Source: an uncultured delta proteobacterium (lineage in GTDB: Bacteria > Myxococcota_A > Polyangia > Polyangiales > Polyangiaceae). From it: a stretch of 64,000 nucleotides of DNA. The position numbers and the translations under genes were made by a program. The stretch spans positions 288,001-352,000 of the forward strand of contig CAVQUB010000008.1 in assembly GCA_963716725.1 (NCBI GenBank), read 5' to 3'. This document shows positions 23,832 through 34,805 of this stretch, in pieces (position 1 is the stretch's first letter; each line of letters begins with the position of its first letter). The notes below the pieces were generated by a model. It ran no database searches. It worked only from the letters and a program-made list of their open reading frames with translations, and had not been told where the DNA came from.

Positions 23832-25044
23832 CTACTCGGTGATGGTCTTGAAGAAGAGATCCGCGAGCGCCACGTGGCCTTCGTTGCTCGGGTGGATGCA
23901 GGTCAGGTCGAACCAGAGCGCCTGGTTGGGACCGCGGTAGCAGGGTGAGGTGGGGTCGTTTCGTTTGTAGCCGTGACCACAGAAGCTCTCGAGCATGAAG
24001 GTCACGTCGGATTGGGTGTCCACCGCGATCTTTGACGTACTGCTCGTTGGCCCAGATCACCATCTCGGCCTGCGCCTTCTTGTCCTGCCAGGGCTGAATG
24101 CCTCCGAGTTGCACGCCCGGGCAAGCGGTCACGTCACCCGTGCCGTCGGTGAACTCGTAGTTGTTTCCAAACACAACGTCCACGCCGCCGGGCATGTTGA
24201 CCGGATTCTTGAGCCACTCCACGGTCTGCCGCAGCAGCCCCACGAAGTTCTTGGTGTCTTGCCACAGCTCCGGGATGGTCTTCTTCGGCGCCGTTCCACC
24301 TCCATCTTGAGTGATGGCGCTGACGTCGTTGCCGCCGATGGTCATGATCACCAGGTGACGCAGATTGCGCTTGTCGGGGGGGATGCAGGTCTCGACCTGC
24401 TTGCTGTCTTTCATCAAGTCGTCGGTGCGCGCTCCCCACTTTGCGCAGCTGACGAAGGCGCCGGACTCAGAGGGCAGCGCGACTCCCTTGATCGGATCGG
24501 CGCCACCCCAGCCCAGGCCGGGCGCGGCGATCTTGAAGTGTGCCGCGAGCATCTGGGCGAGGATCGCGCGATACACGTTCGCCGGGTTCAGGTTGCTCGG
24601 AGGGGTCCCGACCGTCACCGAGTCGCCGAGGAATACGACCCGCTCGACCTTCTCGATCTTCTGGTGGTTGGTTCCCTTGCAGTGCGAGCCGACGGTCGGG
24701 TTGAACTGGTCGTAGTCGAGGGCGACGGTCGGTGGATTGACGAATTGTTTCTGGAAGCAGAGCGCCGCGGGTCCCGCGTCGGTCGCGGGCGAGTCGGTCG
24801 CGGCATCGGCCGTGGCGCCTCCGCTGCCTGCCATACCCCCCGAGGCCGTTGTGCCGCCCGCCGGCGATCCGGCGTTGCCTCCCGAGCCCGAGCCGCCTCC
24901 GGAGCCCGAGCTGCCTCCGCTCGAAGTGGCTCCGGTCCCTCCGCCCGCTCCGCCCGCTCCGCCCGAAGCCTCGTCGCTATTGTCCGAGCCGCACGCAGCC
25001 ATTGCCGCGGCGACGCCCAAAAACACCAAGGTACCCCTAATCAC
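23832..25044 (-). CDS. SGNH/GDSL hydrolase lipoprotein (frameshift near 24031)
   Basis: Lipobox MAAC, FLGDSVT, TIGGND; DLTCIHPS lies in the shifted frame. Confidence 0.85.
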
Positions 25045-25126
25045 GCGGGGGAATGTACACGGGTCGGCTGGCCGGTTCAACAGAAAGCATTGCCCGGAAG
25101 CACTCCGCTCAGCCGGCGCCCCGGCC

Positions 25127-27028
25127 CTACTTCGCCAGGGCTGGCGCGATGGTCTTCAGGAGCACGTCGACGACCGGGTTGTAGCCGTAGCTCGCCGTCG
25201 TGGGATCACCGCTGGTGACCCGCGGACAAATCGAGGTGACCACGCCCTGATTGGCGATGCCCTTCAAGACCTCGAGGTGTCGCGTGCCCGGGTAGGCCTT
25301 CGCGTAGCGTTGCACCTTCGAGTACTGGTTCGTCGCCGGGTCCTGACACAGGGGGTTGTTCGCGGTGTATCCCGTCTGGACATCGTCGCAGTCGCAGCCT
25401 CCGGTGGCGGTTGCGCAGTCTTTGGGCTGCGGCAGCCGGAAGATGCAGGCGTACTGCAGATCGGAGTCGGAAGTGTTCCACTCGTGACCGTTGGAGGGGT
25501 GCGCGCCGGCGGCAGCCGACGTCGGCTGGATCAACTTGCCCGTCGACGGTTGGGCGCCGCTGCGCGTCGTCGTCGACTCGACCATCAGCGGGTCGTCGGG
25601 TGAGTCGGTCGCGCTCTTGGCCAGAAGCCAATCCCAGCGTCCCTTGGCCGCGAGCTCGGCGGCGGTCAGGTAGGCCATGTCAGACGGCGAGGCGAGGGAG
25701 GCGTCGGTCGCCAGGTCTTGCCACGGCACGCCGATCACTCCGGTCAGGAATACCAAGCCCGCGCTTCGAGTCGCGAGCAGCGGGTTGGCGACGGTCTTGC
25801 AACCCGCGACGGGGCCGGCGCCGTCCCACTTGGGACAGATGTTTGGCTGGGTCAGCGCATCGACGTAGCGCTGGGTCGGATACAGGAAGCTGATGCCGAA
25901 TCGGCGCTTCTGGTTCCAACAACGCAGGTTCGGGTGGTCGCTCAGGTCGCTGTGGACGCCTCCGTTCTTCTGGCACTCGGAGTCGCTGTTCAGCGCTTGG
26001 CAGCCCGACGGTGGGGCGTTCTCCGCGAGCGCGCACGAGCGGCAGCACGGGCTGTCGGGGTTCGTCGCACAGGCGCTCGTCGCGCGCGGCAAGAGGAAGG
26101 GCGTGTTGTTGGGGTTGCTGGTTTGAGCGGCCATCCAGTTGTAGCTGCCGTCGATGGTCGAGCAGTCGTTCTCGTCCGTCAGCATCATGATCACGACGGC
26201 GGAGTCCGGGCGCAGGAAGTCCTTACGCTGCTGGAGCAGGACCGTATCGCTGCCTTGCGGCGTCGCGACTCCGTTCGAGACGACGACCTTCTCGTGGGGC
26301 GCGGGGTCGACCAGGAAGCGGTACCAGCTCTCGAGCTGGGACTCGAAGCCACAACCGGCCTCGCCCGTGGCCTGCACGTGAGCGCGGAAGTTGTCGACGA
26401 GAGCCGTCTGATTGGTCTCTCCGCCGCTGGAGCCGGCGGGATCCCACCACAAGAAGCCGAGACCCTGGTGCGATGAGAGCCCGGTACGCACGGTCCCCAT
26501 CAAGTGCGCGCGATCGTTCTGCGTCGGATTGGAATTCGGGTTTCCTTCCGAGCACTGGTTGCCGCCATGGCCGCCCAAGCTGGAAGAGATGACGCCAACG
26601 TGCATGTCCTGCACCGCCTTGAACTGAGGCTTGCCCGTCGCGGGATCGAGTGTGGGCGTGACCAGGCGGTTGATCAACTGCGGCACCGCGTCGGAAAGCA
26701 CGAGCTGTTTGTCGGCCATGGAGAGCGAGTTGTCGATCATCAGCAAGAGATCGATCTTGCTCGCGGGCACGAGCGGCACGCCGCCGGTGCCGCCGTCGCC
26801 GCTGGTGCCGCCGTCGCCGCTGGTGCCGCCGTCGCCGCTGGTGCCGCCGGTGCCGCCGTCGCCGCCCCCGCCGCCGTCGCCACTGCTGCCCCCGGCGCCG
26901 CCAGCGCCGGAGCCGCCCCCACCACCGCCCGTGCTGCTCCCGCCGCAGCCCAGGGTTGTCGCTGCCAAGATCGCCCCGAATGCCGCCGCCCTAACTGCTC
27001 GCATGAACCAATCCATACCACTGCTCAT
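25127..27028 (-). CDS. Cys-rich surface lipoprotein with VWA/MIDAS-like motif
   Basis: Lipobox TLGC, Gly linker, IDLLLMIDNSLSM (DxSxS), LTDENDCS, many Cys. Confidence 0.75.
   Translation of the reverse strand: MSSGMDWFMRAVRAAAFGAILAATTLGCGGSSTGGGGGGSGAGGAGGSSGDGGGGGDGGTGGTSGDGGTSGDGGTSGDGGTGGVPLVPASKIDLLLMIDNSLSMADKQLVLSDAVPQLINRLVTPTLDPATGKPQFKAVQDMHVGVISSSLGGHGGNQCSEGNPNSNPTQNDRAHLMGTVRTGLSSHQGLGFLWWDPAGSSGGETNQTALVDNFRAHVQATGEAGCGFESQLESWYRFLVDPAPHEKVVVSNGVATPQGSDTVLLQQRKDFLRPDSAVVIMMLTDENDCSTIDGSYNWMAAQTSNPNNTPFLLPRATSACATNPDSPCCRSCALAENAPPSGCQALNSDSECQKNGGVHSDLSDHPNLRCWNQKRRFGISFLYPTQRYVDALTQPNICPKWDGAGPVAGCKTVANPLLATRSAGLVFLTGVIGVPWQDLATDASLASPSDMAYLTAAELAAKGRWDWLLAKSATDSPDDPLMVESTTTRSGAQPSTGKLIQPTSAAAGAHPSNGHEWNTSDSDLQYACIFRLPQPKDCATATGGCDCDDVQTGYTANNPLCQDPATNQYSKVQRYAKAYPGTRHLEVLKGIANQGVVTSICPRVTSGDPTTASYGYNPVVDVLLKTIAPALAK
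26783..26862. repeat. 18-bp coding tandem repeat (GGTSGD units)
   Basis: GCCGCCGTCGCCGCTGGT occurs three times plus degenerate copies inside the Gly linker. Confidence 0.8.
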
Positions 27029-27141
27029 GGTTGCGCGCTCCGGGTGAATGCGAAACGACTTGTGCGGTTTCGGAACAAGCAGTGCTTCGCCCGTCCGCGC
27101 TACGCTTGCCTGCGCAGCACCGCCGGCGTCATGCTCGGATC

Positions 27142-27576
27142 ATGCCTACCGCCGCCAAGGTGTTGATCGGTGCGGCGCTCGCCTTGGTCGCGAGCACTGC
27201 GAGCTCGCAGCCCGTGAGGTTTCCCGTGGAGCAACCCGTGGCGCTCTCGGCGCGCGTGGCGCTGCTCGAGCAAAAGGTGCACACCCTCGAGCAACGGACC
27301 AAGGCGTTCCAGCGAGTCGGCCTGGTGCCCGAGCTCGGGGGAGCGTTTCAGCTCGTCGTGAACGGCGCGCGCGTGCGCGTTTCGGCGGACGGTTCGATCA
27401 GCATCGCAGCGCCAGTGCCCGCGCGAGCGGCCGAGGACCCCTGCGATCCGCCGTACAGCGTCGATCCCAAGGGGCTGCGCAGCATCAAGCCCGAGTGCTT
27501 GAAAGTCGGGCCCTGCGAGCCGCCCTTCGAGGTGGATCCGCAAGGAAAGCGCGTCCCGAAGCCGGAGTGCCTGTAG
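27142..27576 (+). CDS. Small secreted protein with two CxPP[YF]xVDPxG..KPECL repeats
   Basis: Signal peptide, short coiled coil, CDPPYSVDPKGLRSIKPECL and CEPPFEVDPQGKRVPKPECL. Confidence 0.75.
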   Translation: MPTAAKVLIGAALALVASTASSQPVRFPVEQPVALSARVALLEQKVHTLEQRTKAFQRVGLVPELGGAFQLVVNGARVRVSADGSISIAAPVPARAAEDPCDPPYSVDPKGLRSIKPECLKVGPCEPPFEVDPQGKRVPKPECL

Positions 27577-27646
27577 CGCTTCGAGAGCTTTGCCATTTAC
27601 GCCCGCGCGCGGATCTGGCCCCCTCCGGCGCCGAAAGAGAGGGACC

Positions 27647-28474
27647 ATGGATCCGTTCGCCCCGATCAACGGCATTTCGCTGGAACGCTACGCCGACCTG
27701 GGCGCCGCCCTCGACGGGCACGACAAGGACGCGGCGAAGAAGGCCGAGATCCTCGGCGCCGAGGGGGTCGCGGTCGCCGACTACGACGCCGCCGTTGCCG
27801 GCTGGACCGCTCGCATGCAGGACATGTCGCTGATGGGACGCGTCGCGACGGCGTTCATGCCCATGTACCAAGCCGCCCTCGCTCGTCGCAAAGGCGGCGC
27901 CGCACGCGTGAGCTACGAGGACTACGTGCACGTCAGCGCGCTGATCAAGATCTACGGCTTCGAGGCCGCCATCCAGGCTGCCGGCGTCTCGATGAGCGAC
28001 TGGACCGAAGCGGGCGGGTACTGGACCGGCCAGATGTCCGCCAACATGATGCAGTACGCCGGGCATCACAATTTCGTCTCGCAAGAAGAGGCGAAGATCC
28101 GCGGCGGTGCCGGGCCGCGCCCGGTGAGCGTGACGCGCGACACCAGCGCCGCGGCCACCGCGCAACCAAACGCGCAGGCGCTTCAGCAACAGGCCATGAT
28201 GGATCCCGTCCAGGCGGCCATGATGAACCCGGCGTACCAGCAGTCGCAGGCGGCGGCGGCGTCGATCATGCAGAACCCTCTCGGCTTCGGCTTCGGACAA
28301 GCGGCTGCCGTCTTGACCGGCGGCATCGTCGCCGGTTCGAAGGTCAAGGTCGCGTGGTCGGATGGCAACCAGTACCCGGCGTCGGTGATGCAGGCCGCTC
28401 CGGACCAGTACCTGGTGCAGTTCGACAACGGCTCGCAGCAGTGGATCCCCGCGAACGCCGTGAGCAAGGCGTGA
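27647..28474 (+). CDS. Hypothetical protein: duplicated helical domain, Gln/Ala/Met-rich linker, Tudor/agenet-like C-terminus
   Basis: GAGAGGG RBS; GSKVKVAWSDGNQYPASVMQAAPDQYLVQFDNGSQQWIP. Confidence 0.75.
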   Translation: MDPFAPINGISLERYADLGAALDGHDKDAAKKAEILGAEGVAVADYDAAVAGWTARMQDMSLMGRVATAFMPMYQAALARRKGGAARVSYEDYVHVSALIKIYGFEAAIQAAGVSMSDWTEAGGYWTGQMSANMMQYAGHHNFVSQEEAKIRGGAGPRPVSVTRDTSAAATAQPNAQALQQQAMMDPVQAAMMNPAYQQSQAAAASIMQNPLGFGFGQAAAVLTGGIVAGSKVKVAWSDGNQYPASVMQAAPDQYLVQFDNGSQQWIPANAVSKA

Positions 28475-28478
28475 CGCC

Positions 28479-28841
28479 GTGAACTGCGAGACCTGCGGCG
28501 CCACGCTGTCGCTCGACGACATGACGCGGCCGAACTGCCCCTACTGCAAGAACGTGCTCAAGCACCACGCGCGGGCAGCGGAGCACGCCGCACTCGTGAA
28601 CAAGGTGCTCGACGATCGAATTCGCGGCCAGTACCCGGGCATGCCCCCGGGACAGGTGCCGCAGATCGGCTACGGCTTCGGTGCGCCGATGAACCCGGGA
28701 TTCCAGCAGTTTCAGGAGCAGCAGTTTCAAGGCGCCATGAAGCGCGCGGGCTGGATCACCGCGGTGTCCATCCTGGTGCCGATCGTGCTTTTGCTCGTGA
28801 TCGGCGGCGCGATTGCGGTCTGGACGCTGTTCTCGCTCTGA
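28479..28841 (+). CDS. Zinc-ribbon protein with C-terminal TM helix
   Basis: CETC...CPYC, P/G/Q-rich middle, hydrophobic tail. Confidence 0.75.
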   Translation: MNCETCGATLSLDDMTRPNCPYCKNVLKHHARAAEHAALVNKVLDDRIRGQYPGMPPGQVPQIGYGFGAPMNPGFQQFQEQQFQGAMKRAGWITAVSILVPIVLLLVIGGAIAVWTLFSL

Positions 28842-28911
28842 GGGCGGCGGGCCGCAGCCGGCGGGATTACGCCCGATTCGCGCCCGATCGTGGCTGAACG
28901 CCTGGTCGGAG

Positions 28912-28951
28912 TTGACGGCTGGCGCACCCCGGCTAAATGAGTGAGCACTCA
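28912..28951 (+). promoter_or_regulatory. Promoter with putative TetR operator
   Basis: TTGACG at 28912; palindrome TGAGTG-AG-CACTCA at 28938-28951 just before the tetR ATG. Confidence 0.65.
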
Positions 28952-28954
28952 CAA

Positions 28955-29563
28955 ATGGCGCGCCCCGCAGTCATCCAAGACTCGGAAATCCTCGATGCGG
29001 CCCGCGAGGTGTTCCTGAGCCGCGGCTTTCGGGCCACCACCGCGGAGGTCGCCGCCCGCGCGGGCATCTCCGAAGGATCGATCTTCAAACGATTCCGCAG
29101 CAAGGTCGAGCTGTTCCAGGCCGCGATGGGCTCCCTCGATGAGCAGCCGCCCTTTGTCGAACTCCTGGCTGGCAGGGTCGGCAGAGGTGCGCTGCAGGAG
29201 CAGCTCCTCGAATTGGGACAAGAGCTGGCCGAGCACCTGCGCCGCGTCGTCCCCTTGCACCTGATGGCGTGGTCGAACCCCGGCCCCGACGGCGCACCGG
29301 CCATCTACGCCCAGCCGGACTCAGCTCCCTTGGCGCTGCTCAAGACCCTCGCTGGCTACTTTGCCGCCGAGATGCGCGCTGGGCGCCTCGCGCGGCGCGA
29401 TCCCGAGATCGTCGCCCGGGCCTTCGTCGGCTCCGTGCACCACTTCGTCGTCTTCGACTTGCTCTTTCAGTCCCAGGACACCATGCCGATGCCCGAAGAG
29501 ACGTTCCTGCGTGGCGTGGTGGACCTGTTGTTTAGAGGTGTGGATCCGGGGAGGAGCACATGA
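28955..29563 (+). CDS. TetR/AcrR-family regulator
   Basis: ILDAAREVFLSRGFRATTAEVAARAGISEGSIFKRFRSK HTH. Confidence 0.92.
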   Translation: MARPAVIQDSEILDAAREVFLSRGFRATTAEVAARAGISEGSIFKRFRSKVELFQAAMGSLDEQPPFVELLAGRVGRGALQEQLLELGQELAEHLRRVVPLHLMAWSNPGPDGAPAIYAQPDSAPLALLKTLAGYFAAEMRAGRLARRDPEIVARAFVGSVHHFVVFDLLFQSQDTMPMPEETFLRGVVDLLFRGVDPGRST

Positions 29564-30777
29564 CCCGGAGGATTCCGATGCGGATCTCGATGGCATTTTG
29601 GATTGGTGTGGCGGCGCTCTCGGTGGCCGCCTGCAAGAAGAGCCCGCCTCCGGGGCCGGAGCCGCTGGCGGCTGCGGCCGCGGCGCCAGCGGTGTCAGTG
29701 CGCTTCGTCAAGGTCGAGAGCCGGAGGCTGCCGCCGGTGCTCGAGATCAGCGGCACCCTCGATCCAGACGAACGCAGCGAGGTCGCAGCGCAGTTTGGCG
29801 GCGCCGTGAAGGCCGTCAACGTCGACGTCGGAACGCGCGTCAAGAAGGGTGACGTTCTGGTCGTGCTCGACTCGAGCGAAGCTGCGCTACGGCTCTCCGC
29901 CGCGAAATCGACCGCCGACCAACAGCGCGCCCGGCTCGGGCTCGACAACGGTGGCGGCTTCGACTCCGACGCGGTGCCCGATGTGAAGGCGGCGAAAGAC
30001 GCTCGCGATCTCGCGGTGCTCGAGGCCGATCGCACCGAGAAGCTGGCCAAGCAGGGCGCGGTCTCCGTGTCGACGGCCGATCAAGCGCGCACCAACGCCG
30101 AGCGCGCCGAGTCTGGGTACCTGGCCGCGAAGAACGGGGCGAAGCAGGGCTTTGCCGCCCTCAAGACCGCTGAAGCTCAGTCGCGACTCTCGGGCAAGAA
30201 CCTGAAAGACACCAAGGTCCTCGCGCCCTTCGACGGCGCGGTGCAAGAGCGACGCGTCACTGCCGGTGAGTTCGCCGGCGTCGGGCGCGTGGTGGCGGTG
30301 GTCGTGAAAGACAACCCGCTGCGCCTCAAGATCGACGTGCCGGAGTCGGAGATCGCCGGAGTGGCGGTCGAGTCCATCGTCACGCTTCGAGTTGCCGCGT
30401 TTCCGGGCCGCGACTTCCTGGGCAAGGTGAAGCGCATCGGCGCTGCGATCAACGCCTCTTCGCGCACGCTGCCGGTCGAGGCGGAGGTGCTCAATGACGA
30501 CGGGCTCCTCAAGCCTGGCTTCTTCGTGCGCGCTCAGGTCTCGCTGAAGGGCGAAGCCGCTGACGTCATGCTGGTACCGGAGAGCGCGATCGGCTCGACT
30601 GGATCCAACGCCCGGGTCTACGTGCGGGACGGCGGCCGTGTGATCGAGAGGCTGGTCGCGGTCGGCCGGAGCGTCGGCGGTTTGGTCGAGGTTCGTGGCG
30701 CGCTGAAGCCGGGCGATGAAGTCGCCGCGGACAACCTCGGCGAACTCTCGGACTCGAGGGAGGTCGCGCCTCGCTGA
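29560..30777 (+). CDS. RND efflux periplasmic adaptor (MFP)
   Basis: Lipobox [31 protein letters not shown]. Confidence 0.92.
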   Translation: MTRRIPMRISMAFWIGVAALSVAACKKSPPPGPEPLAAAAAAPAVSVRFVKVESRRLPPVLEISGTLDPDERSEVAAQFGGAVKAVNVDVGTRVKKGDVLVVLDSSEAALRLSAAKSTADQQRARLGLDNGGGFDSDAVPDVKAAKDARDLAVLEADRTEKLAKQGAVSVSTADQARTNAERAESGYLAAKNGAKQGFAALKTAEAQSRLSGKNLKDTKVLAPFDGAVQERRVTAGEFAGVGRVVAVVVKDNPLRLKIDVPESEIAGVAVESIVTLRVAAFPGRDFLGKVKRIGAAINASSRTLPVEAEVLNDDGLLKPGFFVRAQVSLKGEAADVMLVPESAIGSTGSNARVYVRDGGRVIERLVAVGRSVGGLVEVRGALKPGDEVAADNLGELSDSREVAPR

Positions 30778-30790
30778 GGCGCGGGGTACC

Positions 30791-33700
30791 ATGCAGTGGC
30801 TCGCTGCAATCTGCGTGCGGCGCCCGGTGTTTGCATCAGTGATCGCGCTGGTGCTCACGGTCATCGGGGCGTTCAGCTACGCCGGTCTGGGAGTCGATCG
30901 CTTCCCCAAGGTCGAGTTCCCGGTGGTCATGGCCGTGACCGTCGTGCCCGGCGCGTCGCCGGAGCAGGTCGAGACCGAGGTCACCGACAAGATCGAGTCT
31001 GCGGTCAACACCATCAGCGGCATCGACGAGCTCCGCAGCGTCTCGGTGGAGGGCGTGAGCCAGGTGATTGTGACCTTCGTGCTCGAGAAGGACATCAACG
31101 TCGCCTCGCAGGAGGTTCGGGAGAAGATCAACGAGATCCTCGCCACCTTGCCGGCCGGCATCGATCCCCCGGTGGTCGCCAAGCTGGACCCCGACTCCAC
31201 TCCCATCCTCACCTTGGCCGTCACCGGCCCGGGCGACGCGCGCGACATCACCGAGCTCGCCGACAAGACCATCCGTCGCGAGATCGAGTCTCTGAACGGG
31301 GTGGGTCAGGTCACGGTGGTGGGCGGCCGGGCACGTCAGATCAACGTCTGGGTCGATCCGGTGAAGCTCGAGAAGTACGAGATGTCCGGCGGCCAACTCG
31401 AGCACGCCTTGCGCACGCAGAACGTCGAGTTGCCCAGCGGCCGCGTCGAGAAGGGCGAGACGCAGCTCACGCTGCGCACGCTGGGCCGCGTACAGAGCAT
31501 CCAGCAGCTGGCCGACGTCACCGTAGCGATGCGCGCCGGGCAGCCCATCCGACTGCGGGATGTCGCCCGGGTGGAAGATGGCATGGCCGAAGCCGAGAGC
31601 GCCGGGTTTCGCGGCACCAGCCCGACCGTGCTGCTCAACCTGCGCAAGCAGAGCGGCACCAACACCGTCGAGGTCGTGGAGCGGGTCAAGGAACGCATCC
31701 GCGATCTCGCTCCGCGACTGCCTGCGGGGGCGAGCATCGAGGTGGCCCGCGATCAGAGCGAGTTCATCGGCAACGCCATCGCCACCGTGAAAGAGCACCT
31801 GATCGTCGGCGCGCTCCTGGCGTCGATCGTCGTGCTGCTCTTCCTGCGCAACTGGCGCTCCACCCTGATCGCGGCCATCGCCATTCCGGTCAGCGTCATC
31901 AGCACCTTCGCTCTGATGAAGAGCGCGGGCTTCACCCTGAACGTGATCACGATGCTCGGGCTCACGCTGGCGGTCGGCATCGTGATCGACGACGCCATCG
32001 TGGTGCTCGAGAACATCTACCGCCACATCGAAGAGAAGGGCACGAGCCCCTATCAAGCCGCCATCGACGGCACCAAGGAGATCGGGCTCGCGGTCCTCGC
32101 GACGACGATCTCCCTGGTGGCGGTCTTCCTGCCGGTGGCGTTCATGGGCGGCATCGTGGGCCGCTTCATGAACTCCTTCGGCCTCACCATGGCCTTTGCC
32201 ATCATGATCTCGCTCTTGGTGAGCTTCGTTCTCACGCCGATGATGAGCGCGCGCTGGCTGCGCCCGGCCGCGGCGGCAGAGGGCGAGGTCGCCCACGCGC
32301 ACGGATCGAAGTCGTCGCGCTTCTACGCGCCCATCGAGGCCGGCTACATGCGCCTGCTCGGCTTCTCGATGCGGCACCGTTGGGTGATCGTGATCGCCAC
32401 GCTGGCGACGCTGGCCTCGACGCCGGTGCTCGCGGGCCTGGCCAACAAGAACTTCTTGCCGGACGAAGACGAGTCGCAGTTCATGGCGAACATCCGCCTG
32501 CCCGAGGGCACGAGCCTGGACGCCACCCGCATCGCCGCGACCCGCCTCGCCGGCGACATCGGCAAGCTCGAGGGTGTGAAGTACGCCATCACCACCATCG
32601 GTGACGACCCGCAGAAGACCCCGAACCTCGCCAACATCTACGTCAAGCTGGTGCCCAGCTCCGAGCGCATGCGCTCTCAGGCCGAGCTGATCGCGGCGGC
32701 GCGCGAGGTCGTGGGTCGCCATCCCGAGACAGCGGGCTATCGCGTCGCCATCGGTCAGGTGCCGATGTTCTCCGGCGGCATGCCGAACTTCCCCGTCGTG
32801 TTCCAGCTGCAAGGGCCGGAGTTGCCCAAGCTCGAAGGCTACGCGCGCGCGCTGATGGAGCGCCTCGCGCGTCAGCCCGGCGTGAAGGATCCGGACACCT
32901 CGCTGATCACCGGCAAGCCGGAGCTTCGCGCCCACATCGATCGCAAGAAGGCCGCCGATCTCGGCGTGAGCGTCGCCGACGTCGCCGGCGCACTGCGGCT
33001 CTTGGTCGGCGGCTATCAGGTCAGCACCTTCAACGACAAGGGCGAGCAGTACGAGGTCAACGTGCGGGCCGTGGCCGAGGCCCGCAACGACGTCTCACGC
33101 CTCAAGCGCATCAGCGTGCCGAGCGCCAAGCTCGGAACGGTCACCCTCGACAACGTCGTGAGTTTCGACGAAGGCAAGGGTCCTGGCCGCATCGACCGCT
33201 TCAACCGCAAGAAGACCGTGACCGTCATGGCCAATCTGGCGCCGGGGTTCTCGGAGGGCGGTGTCTTGGACGACCTCGCGACCGGCGTGGAGGAGCTGAA
33301 GATGGACCCCAGTTACAGCGGCGGCCCGTCCGGGCGCTCCAAGGAGCTGGGCCGCGCCTTCGAGAACTTCGCGCTGGCCTTCCTGCTCTCGTTCATCTTC
33401 ATGTACCTGGTCTTGGCGGCCCAGTTCGAGTCGTGGCTGCACCCGATCACGATCTTGCTCTCACTGCCGCTGACCGTGCCCTTTGCGCTGATCAGCGTGA
33501 TCATCTTCGGACAGTCGCTGAACATCTTCAGCATGCTGGGCATCCTGGTGCTGTTCGGCATCGTCAAGAAGAACTCGATCTTGCAGATCGACCACACCAT
33601 CAAGCTGCGTGCCGCCGGCATGCCCAAGGACGAAGCCATCCTGACCGCCAATCGCGACCGGCTGCGCCCGATCTTGATGACCACCGCGGCCTTCGTGGCC

Positions 33701-33916
33701 GGCATGCTGCCCTTGGTGGTGTCCACGGGCGCCGGCGCGGGCACCAACCGCGCGACGGGCTTCGTGATCATCGGTGGTCAGACCTTGGCGCTCTTGCTCA
33801 CGCTCTTGGCGACGCCGGTGGCCTACTCGCTCTTCGACGATCTCTCGGTGAAGCTCCGCAAGTGGTTCCGGCTGAAGCCGGCGACGTCGGAGCCGCTGCC
33901 CAAGCCCGCGGAGTGA
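30791..33916 (+). CDS. RND efflux permease (AcrB/MdtC-like)
   Basis: [38 protein letters not shown]; 1041 aa. Confidence 0.95.
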   Translation: MQWLAAICVRRPVFASVIALVLTVIGAFSYAGLGVDRFPKVEFPVVMAVTVVPGASPEQVETEVTDKIESAVNTISGIDELRSVSVEGVSQVIVTFVLEKDINVASQEVREKINEILATLPAGIDPPVVAKLDPDSTPILTLAVTGPGDARDITELADKTIRREIESLNGVGQVTVVGGRARQINVWVDPVKLEKYEMSGGQLEHALRTQNVELPSGRVEKGETQLTLRTLGRVQSIQQLADVTVAMRAGQPIRLRDVARVEDGMAEAESAGFRGTSPTVLLNLRKQSGTNTVEVVERVKERIRDLAPRLPAGASIEVARDQSEFIGNAIATVKEHLIVGALLASIVVLLFLRNWRSTLIAAIAIPVSVISTFALMKSAGFTLNVITMLGLTLAVGIVIDDAIVVLENIYRHIEEKGTSPYQAAIDGTKEIGLAVLATTISLVAVFLPVAFMGGIVGRFMNSFGLTMAFAIMISLLVSFVLTPMMSARWLRPAAAAEGEVAHAHGSKSSRFYAPIEAGYMRLLGFSMRHRWVIVIATLATLASTPVLAGLANKNFLPDEDESQFMANIRLPEGTSLDATRIAATRLAGDIGKLEGVKYAITTIGDDPQKTPNLANIYVKLVPSSERMRSQAELIAAAREVVGRHPETAGYRVAIGQVPMFSGGMPNFPVVFQLQGPELPKLEGYARALMERLARQPGVKDPDTSLITGKPELRAHIDRKKAADLGVSVADVAGALRLLVGGYQVSTFNDKGEQYEVNVRAVAEARNDVSRLKRISVPSAKLGTVTLDNVVSFDEGKGPGRIDRFNRKKTVTVMANLAPGFSEGGVLDDLATGVEELKMDPSYSGGPSGRSKELGRAFENFALAFLLSFIFMYLVLAAQFESWLHPITILLSLPLTVPFALISVIIFGQSLNIFSMLGILVLFGIVKKNSILQIDHTIKLRAAGMPKDEAILTANRDRLRPILMTTAAFVAGMLPLVVSTGAGAGTNRATGFVIIGGQTLALLLTLLATPVAYSLFDDLSVKLRKWFRLKPATSEPLPKPAE

Positions 33917-34001
33917 TCGGGGAGCCAACCCGCTCGCGGGGCGTCGGCTGCGTTGCTCGGCTTTGTGGACAGGGTCGGGAGCACCATGGGAGCATCGACG
34001 C

Positions 34002-34802
34002 ATGGTCTCGAGGGTCGAATACCGGCTCGCAGGCGTGGGCGTTCTGTTTTTCGTCGCGAGCATCGCGCCTGCGCTTCACGCCCAAGACTTCGACGAGCTG
34101 CCCGAGGACGACGCGGAAGCACAACCCAGTGACGACTCGGCCGTCGACGATGTCGACAGCGGCGGAGCTGGCGCCGACGACGGCACAGGCATTCACTTCG
34201 GACTGCGCCTCGCCTACGCGTTTCCAATGGGGTCGGTCTACGGTTCGTCGAACTCGACCACCACCATCGGCGGCGTCACCCAGACCCGGACGGTCGAAGC
34301 CGCCAAGCTCTCCGAAGGCGTTGCCGGGCAGATCCCGATCTGGCTGGATCTCGGCTGGCAGGTCACGCCGGCCTTCATGGCGGGGGCCTATTTCTCCTAC
34401 GGGGTGGTGCTGCCCGCGGGCGATCTCGCCGACCTCTGCGACGACGGTGACGTGAGCTGCACGCTGAACGACATTCGCTTGGGCGTTCAGGCGCAGCTGT
34501 CGCTGTCGCCGGGCAGGTCCGTTGACCCCTGGATCGGCGCCGGGGCCGGCTACGAGTGGCTCTCGCTGAAGGTTGACGAGACAACGGTGCGGTACCGAGG
34601 CACCGAGCTGTTCATGCTGCAAGGTGGGCTCGATTTCGGGGGCGACAGCGATTCGACGACCTACGGGCTCTTCGCGGCCTTCACCTTCGGGCAGTTTGCC
34701 GTCGCCCATCAGAAGATGGGCAACAGCGGTGAATCACGCGACGTCGAGAATCAGGCGCTGCACAACTGGCTCTTCCTGGGCGTGCGCGGCGCCATGAAGT
34801 GA
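34002..34802 (+). CDS. Outer-membrane beta-barrel protein (OmpA-TM-like)
   Basis: Signal peptide; QIPIWLDLGW, DPWIGAGAGYEWL, HNWLFLGVRG. Confidence 0.7.
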   Translation: MVSRVEYRLAGVGVLFFVASIAPALHAQDFDELPEDDAEAQPSDDSAVDDVDSGGAGADDGTGIHFGLRLAYAFPMGSVYGSSNSTTTIGGVTQTRTVEAAKLSEGVAGQIPIWLDLGWQVTPAFMAGAYFSYGVVLPAGDLADLCDDGDVSCTLNDIRLGVQAQLSLSPGRSVDPWIGAGAGYEWLSLKVDETTVRYRGTELFMLQGGLDFGGDSDSTTYGLFAAFTFGQFAVAHQKMGNSGESRDVENQALHNWLFLGVRGAMK

Positions 34803-34805
34803 GCG

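Noticed and set aside
26783..26862. Tandem repeats as a CRISPR array (also 50595-50640)
   Set aside because: No spacers and no cas genes; these are in-frame 18-bp units encoding Gly linkers.
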